From NCBI GenBank assembly GCA_964434475.1, contig CAYSVS010000001.1, positions 22,820 to 86,819 of the forward strand: a DNA stretch of 64,000 nucleotides, read 5' to 3'. Positions 57,059 through 64,000 of this stretch are shown in pieces. Numbering within the stretch: position 1 is the first letter of the stretch; each line of letters begins with the position of its first letter. The notes under the pieces are model-generated. The model was not told where the DNA came from and did no database searches. It was given only the letters and a program-made list of their open reading frames with translations. This DNA comes from an uncultured Methanosarcinales archaeon. GTDB lineage: Archaea; Nanobdellota; Nanobdellia; Woesearchaeales; CAYSVS01. The translations under genes were made by a program, and so were the position numbers.

Positions 57059-57664
57059 TTGAATAGAGGGATAGTAATGAAAAAAAGGGGTGCAACTAAA
57101 AGTAGAAAGCATAATGCTAGTCATAAAAAGAAAGATAATATGCGAAAATCAAAAAAACCTACAAAAGTTTCTCTAAAAAGAAAACCTAAACCAAGTTCTA
57201 AAAAATCAATTACTAAATCAAGAAAGGAAACTAAAAAGCTAATAAATAAATCCCGGAAAAAGGTCAAAAAAAGTTTTAACAAGAACAAGGGAAAAAAATC
57301 AAAAGCTTCTGAAAAAGAGACAAAAAAACGTTCTGGGAAACGTTTATCTAATCGCAAAAGCAAAAAATCATCTAAACCATCTAAAAATTTCAACAGTCAA
57401 TACAAAAAACCTAAACACGCAAAAAAAAAGAGATCTAAGGTTATTAAGATAGATCTTTCTCATCTTGGAGCATATGAAACTGAACTCGATAAATTATTGG
57501 AGGAAGTGAACGAAAGAGAGAAAATAAGTGTAAGGCAGGTTGCAAAAGCTTTTGAAGTGCCTAAATCATTGGTAGAATATTGGGCAAGAATTTTAGAGCA
57601 GAAAGGATTGATCACTTTGCATTATCCATTGATAGGAAGTCCTAAATTGAGGAAGAAAAGATGA
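57059..57664 (+). CDS. Highly lysine-rich basic protein with C-terminal HTH-like domain (putative DNA-binding regulator)
   Basis: ~150 aa of K/S/R-rich low-complexity sequence, then SVRQVAKAFEVPKSLVEYWARILEQKGLITLHY. First gene of the plus-strand pilus assembly operon; its stop overlaps the ATPase start. Confidence 0.4.
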   Translation: MNRGIVMKKRGATKSRKHNASHKKKDNMRKSKKPTKVSLKRKPKPSSKKSITKSRKETKKLINKSRKKVKKSFNKNKGKKSKASEKETKKRSGKRLSNRKSKKSSKPSKNFNSQYKKPKHAKKKRSKVIKIDLSHLGAYETELDKLLEEVNEREKISVRQVAKAFEVPKSLVEYWARILEQKGLITLHYPLIGSPKLRKKR

Positions 57665-59157
57665 ATGTTGTCGAAGAGTATAAGGTTAATATTGATGATG
57701 TTGATGTGAAGGTAAAGATATTAGGCGGAAAAGGACACGCATTAAATTATAATCTTCAGTTAAAGGAGTTTAAGCCAGCAACAAAAGCTTTTATCGACGA
57801 GATAAGGGACGAGCTTGTACATCATGTAAAACTGAGCAGTTTTGAGATACTTGATTCTAAGGCGATAGCTGTTATCAAGAATAGGTTCAGGCAGAAAGCG
57901 AACGAATTAATTGAAAAAAAGCTTCCCCATGTTTCAATCAAAACTAGAAAGTATATAGTAGGATATCTTATACACGAGATGCTTGGGCTTGGTAAACTCG
58001 AGTTGTTGTTGGGAGATGAACATCTTGAAGAGATTGTAGTTAATTCATCTAAAGAGCCTTTGTATGTTTATCATAAGAAATACAAATGGCTTCAGACCAA
58101 TGTGAATATACCTCAAGAATCAAGTATACTTAATTTTTCAAATATAATTGCAAGAAGGGTAGGAAGACAGATAAATACTATGAATCCTTTGCTTGATGCT
58201 CATTTGGTATCAGGAGACAGGGCTAATGCTGTATTGTATCCTGTATCAAACAAAGGCAACCTTATAACTATAAGAAAATTTGCAAGAGACCCGTGGACTG
58301 TTGTTGAGTTTGTCAAGAATGGGACATGCAGCCCTTATATATTTGCATTACTCTGGACTGCTATCCAGTATGAAATGAATATACTTATCAGTGGAGGAAC
58401 AGCAGCAGGAAAGACCTCTATGCTCAATGTTCTTAGCGCTTTTTTTCCTCCTGCACAACGTATCATAAGTATAGAAGATACAAGGGAGATACAACTCCCT
58501 GAATTCTTGCATTGGGTTCCTTTGACCGCAAGGATAGAGAACACAGAAGGAAAAGGTTCTGTGTCTATGCTTGATCTGTTGATAAACTCTTTACGTATGC
58601 GTCCGGATAGGCTGATAGTGGGAGAAATGAGAAGAAAAAGGGAAGCTGAGGTCCTGTTCGAGGGTATGAATACAGGACATAGTGTTTATGCTACAATACA
58701 TGCAGACTCTGTTCAGCAGACAGTAAGAAGGCTTATCAATCCTCCAATAGAGTTGCCTGAACTTTTGCTTGAATCTTTGAACCTTAACGTTGTAATGTTC
58801 AGGGACAGGAAGACAGGTAAAAGGGTTATGCACCAGATAGGAGAGTTTATGGTAAAAGGAGGAAATGATGCTTATATAGAGCCGAACATACTTTACGAGT
58901 GGGATCCAAAGACAAAGAAACAAAGATTGATGCATAAAAGCTCAAGGTTATTCAAGGAATTGTCAAAACATACAGGGATGACTGTAAAAAGGCTTGAAAA
59001 AGAGATAAAGGATAAACAGAAGATAATAAAATGGATGGTCAATAAAAATGTAAAGGGCGTTAACGAGGTAGGAAAGATAGTCAAGGAGTATTATCTTAAT
59101 CATGATGCTCTTATGAAATTTGTCAACGCAAACAAAGATCCGAATACACTAAAATGA
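57661..59157 (+). CDS. Type IV pilus/archaellum-type assembly ATPase (FlaI/TadA/VirB11 superfamily)
   Basis: Walker A ISGGTAAGKTSML, Asp box IISIEDTREIQL, Walker B RPDRLIVGEMRRKREA, His box NTGHSVYATIHADS. Confidence 0.8.
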   Translation: MNVVEEYKVNIDDVDVKVKILGGKGHALNYNLQLKEFKPATKAFIDEIRDELVHHVKLSSFEILDSKAIAVIKNRFRQKANELIEKKLPHVSIKTRKYIVGYLIHEMLGLGKLELLLGDEHLEEIVVNSSKEPLYVYHKKYKWLQTNVNIPQESSILNFSNIIARRVGRQINTMNPLLDAHLVSGDRANAVLYPVSNKGNLITIRKFARDPWTVVEFVKNGTCSPYIFALLWTAIQYEMNILISGGTAAGKTSMLNVLSAFFPPAQRIISIEDTREIQLPEFLHWVPLTARIENTEGKGSVSMLDLLINSLRMRPDRLIVGEMRRKREAEVLFEGMNTGHSVYATIHADSVQQTVRRLINPPIELPELLLESLNLNVVMFRDRKTGKRVMHQIGEFMVKGGNDAYIEPNILYEWDPKTKKQRLMHKSSRLFKELSKHTGMTVKRLEKEIKDKQKIIKWMVNKNVKGVNEVGKIVKEYYLNHDALMKFVNANKDPNTLK

Positions 59158-60053
59158 ACAGATTAAATTTTTTTCTTTTGCCTGAAAGGATATTGAAAAG
59201 GTTTAGTCATTTATTTTTAGGCATAAGTGAAAAGATAGAAGGAAGCTTCAATTCTCTTGAACTGGACCTTAAACAATCAGAAATAAGGATAAATAAGATA
59301 GATTATATCTCTTATTCTCTTGCTTCGTCTTTTATCTTGTTTATCTTGTTGTTTTTGCTTTTTGCAGGATTGTTTGAATATTTTGGGCATAAGAATTATA
59401 TCTTTCTTTCTGTATTATCTTCCTTTTTTCTGATATTTCTTAATTTTTTAAGGATATTGAACTATCCTAGATTCATCACAAACAGAAGAGTGAAAAATAT
59501 TGAAAAGGATTTGTTGATAGTGTTGAGAAATATGTATGTGCAGGTAAAGTCCAACATACCTTTGTTCACTGTGATGGTAAATGTGGCGGGACAGGATTTT
59601 GGAGAGGTAAGCAAGGAATTCAAACGTATGGTAAAACAGATAAACTCAGGCATTTCTGAAGTAAAAGCTTTAGAGGAATCAGCTACAAACACACCTTCTG
59701 CTTTTTTCAGGACAGTATTATGGCAGATAATAAATGGGGTAAAGACAGGGGCAGATATATCTGTTGTTTTGAAAGATCTTATAGAGATGCTTTCAGGAGA
59801 ACAGGTTGATCAGATACAGGAATATGGAGCTTCGCTTAATTCACTTGCTTTATTTTATATGCTTTTAGTGATAATAATGCCTTCTTTAGCGATAACCTTT
59901 TTGATAGCTTCATCAGTATTTTTTTCAAAAGCGATTGTCACGACAAAAGCCTTGTTTTGGCTCTTGTATGTTCTGGTTGTTCTGTTCCAGATAATATTTT
60001 TAGGTATAATAAAATCAAAAAGACCTAGTTTGTTGAGGGATGAAAATGTATGA
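59154..60053 (+). CDS. TadB/GspF-like pilus platform membrane protein (single T2SSF-like domain)
   Basis: 299 aa polytopic membrane protein with a soluble helical insert between TM segments. Translationally coupled to the ATPase and to the next gene. Confidence 0.5.
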   Translation: MNRLNFFLLPERILKRFSHLFLGISEKIEGSFNSLELDLKQSEIRINKIDYISYSLASSFILFILLFLLFAGLFEYFGHKNYIFLSVLSSFFLIFLNFLRILNYPRFITNRRVKNIEKDLLIVLRNMYVQVKSNIPLFTVMVNVAGQDFGEVSKEFKRMVKQINSGISEVKALEESATNTPSAFFRTVLWQIINGVKTGADISVVLKDLIEMLSGEQVDQIQEYGASLNSLALFYMLLVIIMPSLAITFLIASSVFFSKAIVTTKALFWLLYVLVVLFQIIFLGIIKSKRPSLLRDENV

Positions 60054-61005
60054 TTTCATAGGGAGACTGTTTCCTGTATCTGTAAGGAAGAATATAGGTC
60101 AATTGTTGATGTATTCTGATATTGATATAGATACAGAGAGATATATAGGTTTTACTTTTTTGTTTGATATAGCTTTAAGTATTGTAATTACATTATTTCT
60201 AGGACTGTTTTTCAAATTCAATATGCTTATTGTATCTTTATTGTTTTTTGTATTGTTCGATATGATAAGCTATTTTACGCTCCATTTCAAAGCACAGTCA
60301 AAGTCGAAGTTTATTGAATCTATACTTCCTGATGCTTTAAGGCTTACAGCAGGCAACCTTAAGGCAGGAATAACTACAGATAAAGCTTTGCTTTTAAGCG
60401 CCAGACCTGAGTTTGGGCCTTTTAAAAAAGAGTTAATAAGGGCTGGAAAAGAGATAGCTACAGGAAAAGAGATAACCAAGTCTTTGATGGATATAACACA
60501 AAGAGTGAGGTCAGTGAAACTGAAACATGTTATTGAGCTTATTGTTTCTGGATTAAAGACAGGAGGTCAATTAAGCGATCTGCTGCAGCAAACAGCAGAA
60601 GATCTTACAAGGCAGAAACTTATCGAAAGAAAGATAAGGACAAACGTAAAGCTTTATGTCATATTTATATCTATAGCTATAGCTTTTGCGTCTCCTGTTT
60701 TATATGCTTTAAGCACTTTCCTATTGGAAGTTATGGCTGCAAAATTAGCTGCTATAGATCCTAGCGTTTTTTCTTTGATACAGTTTAGCACAGGTAAGAT
60801 GCTGGAGATAAGCTTTGTTACACGATATATAGTTATATCTATAGCGACTACTGTCGTACTGGGTTCTCTTGTGCTTGGACAGATAAGTAAAGGAGATGAA
60901 AAACAAGGAATAAAGAAGATACCTTTCTTGATACTTATTTCTTATGTACTTTTTTTCGTTGTGCTCTTATTTTTGAGAAGAATATTCGGTATGTTCTTGA
61001 TATAA
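60040..61005 (+). CDS. TadC/GspF-like pilus platform membrane protein (second half of a split FlaJ/TadC)
   Basis: 321 aa polytopic membrane protein. Position and topology are consistent with the second T2SSF domain. Confidence 0.5.
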   Translation: MKMYDFIGRLFPVSVRKNIGQLLMYSDIDIDTERYIGFTFLFDIALSIVITLFLGLFFKFNMLIVSLLFFVLFDMISYFTLHFKAQSKSKFIESILPDALRLTAGNLKAGITTDKALLLSARPEFGPFKKELIRAGKEIATGKEITKSLMDITQRVRSVKLKHVIELIVSGLKTGGQLSDLLQQTAEDLTRQKLIERKIRTNVKLYVIFISIAIAFASPVLYALSTFLLEVMAAKLAAIDPSVFSLIQFSTGKMLEISFVTRYIVISIATTVVLGSLVLGQISKGDEKQGIKKIPFLILISYVLFFVVLLFLRRIFGMFLI

Positions 61006-61166
61006 TCTTGATCATTAAAAATTTCGTAGAGTTTGAATGGTTTTTTTGAAAGTTATGGAATTTGTAAGCAGGGAATAAGTGCGCTTTTTTTATATTTTTA
61101 ATACCCAGTCTCATAAAAATCAGAGATTTTTAGGACACAAAAAATATTTTAATATTTTTTAGTATA

Positions 61167-61420
61167 TTGATTGATGGTCACGAACTGTTGACATAAATAG
61201 ATTGTATGTTGGTTGATGGTTACGAACTGTTCATAAATAGATTGTATGTTGGCTGGTGGTCATGAACTGTTGACATAAATAGATTGTATGTTGGTTGATG
61301 GTTACGAACTGTTGACATAAATAGATTGTATATTGATTGATGGTCACGAACTGTTGACATAAATAGATTGTATATTGGCTGGTGGTCACGAACTGTTGAC
61401 ATAAATAGATTGTATATGCT
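61167..61420. repeat. Six tandem direct copies of a ~42-bp unit (TTGATGGTCACGAACTGTTGACATAAATAGATTGTATGTTGG) upstream of the PurF-like gene
   Basis: Read directly: copies at ~61171, 61212, 61252, 61294, 61336, 61378 with few substitutions and one 2-bp deletion. No unique spacers. Confidence 0.85.
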
Positions 61421-61471
61421 ATGTGTTGAACAATAAGAATATATTTAAACAGGTTTTATGTTTTTTTAATC

Positions 61472-62989
61472 ATGTGCGGGATAATAGGGGTAATTTCTAA
61501 AAATAATAGAGAAGATTTGGGATTTCTTATAGCAGAAGGATTGTCGCAGATACAAAACAGAGGAGATGATTCAGCAGGAATAGCTGCGATAAAAAAGTTA
61601 CCCTTATCTCGAAGAGAGTTTGAGATGTATAAGCGGATTGCTGTAGAACATGTTGCAGATGATTTTAATCCTATGACTATTGTTAGGGATAAAGGAAGAG
61701 TAAGAAAAGTTTTTAAGGTAAAATCAGATCTAGAAAGTTTGGCAGGATTTATGGGCATTGGCCAGGTAAGATATCCTACAACAGGATATATAAATGAAAA
61801 TAAATGTGAAAGTTATCAGCCCTTGCATCTTGGAAACAAGAAGATTGCAATCGTACATAATGGAGATGTTCATAATTATGATAAGATAATGTCTGGATTT
61901 CATGGTCTTAGAAGGGCATCAACGAATGATCTAGAAGCTATATTGAACATATTCGCTAAAGAATTTTTTACGACAGCTGATTTTCTTAAGAGAGAAGATA
62001 GGATAACTAAGTCAGTAAAGGCAACAATGGAAACTATAGAGGGTACTTATTGCGTCGCTTCAGTTGTCAATAACTATGGCATTGTTGTTTTTAGGGATTC
62101 TGAAGGAAGAAGACCTTTATTTTATGGTGTGAGGACAAAAGGAAAAGAGATTACTGATTATGCTTTTGCGTCTGAAACTGTTGCACTAGAAAAAATGCTT
62201 TTTAAAGGAACATCTTCTAAAGAATTAAATGGGAGGGCTATGTATGAAGAAGTAAATCCTGGAGAGATGATATTCATATCAAAAGATTTTGAAGTGTTTA
62301 GAAAACAGATCAAAGAACCTGAGACCAAATTTTGTCCATTTGAAGCTGTTTATTTTCAACGTGCTGCATCTTTTGTAAACGATAAACGAGTTAAACAGAT
62401 AAGGAAAGATATCATTAAGTATATGTGGGACAGGTTTAAGACAAAATCTTCAAAAAAATATGATTCTATTTTTAATGATAAAGAAGATTATGTTATTGTT
62501 CCTGTACCAAGGACAGCTGAATGTGCGGCTGTTGAACTTTCCTCTTACGCAGGAATAAAATATTCTACAGCAATCGAAAAGAATCCTTTCTCTGGAAGGA
62601 TATTTCAACAGCCAACAAAGGAGCATAGAGAGATTGGAACAATAAGCGACCATTTTATCTATGAAGAAGAGGTTAGAGGGAAAAATATAATACTTATAGA
62701 TGATTCTATTGTGCGAGGAACTACTATGATAAACGATATAAAATATCTTCGTGATCTGGGTGCAGATACAATAAACGTATTTATTACATTTCCTGCAATC
62801 AAACATCCATGCTACCATGCAATCGATTTTCATACTGAGCAAGAACTGTTGGCCCATGGAAACAGCATACATAAGATTAAAAATATTCTTGGATTAAGCA
62901 GTACTGACTCTTTGACATATGCGACACAGAATGAACTTGAAAAAGCAATTGGTACCAAATATTTATGTAATCAATGCTATAAAGTATAG
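61472..62989 (+). CDS. purF: Amidophosphoribosyltransferase-like protein (class II glutamine amidotransferase + PRTase; PurF family)
   Basis: N-terminal MCGIIGV nucleophile Cys and a PRPP-binding ILIDDSIVRGTTM motif. 505 aa with a divergent middle region. Confidence 0.65.
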   Translation: MCGIIGVISKNNREDLGFLIAEGLSQIQNRGDDSAGIAAIKKLPLSRREFEMYKRIAVEHVADDFNPMTIVRDKGRVRKVFKVKSDLESLAGFMGIGQVRYPTTGYINENKCESYQPLHLGNKKIAIVHNGDVHNYDKIMSGFHGLRRASTNDLEAILNIFAKEFFTTADFLKREDRITKSVKATMETIEGTYCVASVVNNYGIVVFRDSEGRRPLFYGVRTKGKEITDYAFASETVALEKMLFKGTSSKELNGRAMYEEVNPGEMIFISKDFEVFRKQIKEPETKFCPFEAVYFQRAASFVNDKRVKQIRKDIIKYMWDRFKTKSSKKYDSIFNDKEDYVIVPVPRTAECAAVELSSYAGIKYSTAIEKNPFSGRIFQQPTKEHREIGTISDHFIYEEEVRGKNIILIDDSIVRGTTMINDIKYLRDLGADTINVFITFPAIKHPCYHAIDFHTEQELLAHGNSIHKIKNILGLSSTDSLTYATQNELEKAIGTKYLCNQCYKV

Positions 62990-63119
62990 TTTAAATATAA
63001 GAATATATATCTAATTCTTGAGAGAAAATTATATGTTGGTTCCTGAAGAGATAGGAATTATTGTTTTAGCGTATGATTAAAAACAAAATATTAAATAGTT
63101 GTATTTATTTTTTTAATCT

Positions 63120-63878
63120 ATGCTTAGCGTGAATATAGATCCTATACTTGTAGAAATAGGTTTTATACAGATAAGGTATTATGGGTTGGTTTATGTTTTG
63201 AGCTTTTTTTTGCTTTATTATCTTCTTAAGAAACAAAGAGTAAAACTTCAGCTTAAGGTAGAAAAACTTGATGCATTTATACTTTGGCTTATGATAGGAC
63301 TGCTAATAGGCGGAAGAATGATGCATTTTTTAGTTAATGATCCAAGTATGTTTATACAGCGTCCTTTGGATATTTTAAAGATATGGAATGGCGGAATGTC
63401 TTTTTTTGGTGCAGTGATAGGAGGAGGATTGGCTGGATTTCTTTTCTGCAAAAAGCATAAGCTTAATTTTTTGAAGATTGCAGATGTTGTGTCTATAGTC
63501 GGTACAATAGGCATAATTTTCGGAAGATTGGCTAATTTCATAAATCAAGAATTAGTAGGAACTATAACTGATGTTCAATGGTGTTTTAATTTTTCAGGAT
63601 ATACTGGCTGTAGGCATCCTTATCAATTATATGCTTGTTTAAGCCACATTATCTTGTTATTCATTGTTCTTTATATTGCAAGAATAAAAGATGAGAAAGA
63701 GCTTAAGGACGGTATTGTTCTTTTAAGTTTTGTATTTTTTTATACCTTATTCAGGTTCATAACAGATTTTTTTAGGTATGATCCTAGATTTTTTGGATTG
63801 ACTTCATGGCAGTATATAAGCATGGTCGTATTTTTCATAAGTTTGTTCTCATTATATATATATAGAAAAAAAGAATAA
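63120..63878 (+). CDS. lgt: Prolipoprotein diacylglyceryl transferase (Lgt)
   Basis: Lgt signatures: IRYYGLVYVLSF N-terminus, GGMSFFGAVIGGGLAG, FGRLANFINQELVG, RHPYQLYA. 252 aa, 7 TM. Confidence 0.8.
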   Translation: MLSVNIDPILVEIGFIQIRYYGLVYVLSFFLLYYLLKKQRVKLQLKVEKLDAFILWLMIGLLIGGRMMHFLVNDPSMFIQRPLDILKIWNGGMSFFGAVIGGGLAGFLFCKKHKLNFLKIADVVSIVGTIGIIFGRLANFINQELVGTITDVQWCFNFSGYTGCRHPYQLYACLSHIILLFIVLYIARIKDEKELKDGIVLLSFVFFYTLFRFITDFFRYDPRFFGLTSWQYISMVVFFISLFSLYIYRKKE

Positions 63879-64000
63879 AAATTAATTGTCTGATGCCTGG
63901 CTAAGTAATGAACTAGCATCTCTTTTATCTTGTTCTATCCTATCGTCTCTTCCGCAGTAAGGACATCTAAGTACTTTATTGGTGTCAGGTTTGAACGTAA

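Noticed and set aside
61220-61402. Minus-strand 60-aa ORF MSTVRDHQPIYNLF... with an internally repeated peptide
   Set aside because: It is a translation artefact of the 42-bp tandem DNA repeat (42 = 14 codons), with no start context, sitting in a promoter-proximal region.
61167-61420. CRISPR array hypothesis for the tandem repeat
   Set aside because: The units abut each other with no unique spacers. What would be spacer positions are themselves conserved between units. There are no cas genes nearby and the repeat is not palindromic in CRISPR fashion.

Overview
This window is AT-rich (low GC by eye) and reads as archaeal genome, most consistent with a small-genome DPANN-type archaeon. Archaeal marker genes present are aIF5B, aRF1 (NIKS and GGQ motifs), aIF5A, an HMf-type histone, ribosomal proteins L37ae and L40e, RpoP, Pcc1, prefoldin beta, AglB, and pilins carrying class III (QxSxExxxL) signal peptides. 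The first 29 kb is mostly housekeeping. It holds an AglB oligosaccharyltransferase whose C-terminus carries a parvulin (PpiC) PPIase domain, two glycosyltransferases, paired 4-TM EamA-type small membrane proteins, translation factors, an L37ae-RpoP-Pcc1-PfdB cluster followed by a tRNA-Pro gene, a site-2 protease, RNA methyltransferases, a HerA/DUF87 ATPase and a block of ORFans. The region from 29.3 to 61 kb looks like a cell-surface and attachment island. It contains a 5092-aa secreted giant protein, a small anchored secreted protein, a second 1754-aa surface protein with a C-terminal TM anchor, and a divergent type IV pilus-like locus. The giant protein is sequon-saturated and multi-domain: Cys-rich modules, DUF11-like beta-sandwich repeats, a parallel beta-helix, 2x PPC domains, an internal I9-propeptide plus S8 subtilase, 96-aa VNDAP repeats and an exact ~0.8 kb internal tandem duplication. 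The pilus locus has five pilin-like genes including an 869-aa vWA-domain pilin on the minus strand. On the plus strand it has a K-rich HTH protein, a FlaI/TadA-type ATPase and a split TadB/TadC-like platform. The window ends with a 6x 42-bp tandem repeat upstream of a PurF-like gene and a bacterial-type Lgt gene. A ~150-bp noncoding element occurs twice (17.3 kb and 52.0 kb). Several short genes absent from the ORF track (RpoP, L40e, a Zn-ribbon ORF) were found by reading the sequence directly. All calls rest on motif recognition by eye; no database search was possible.
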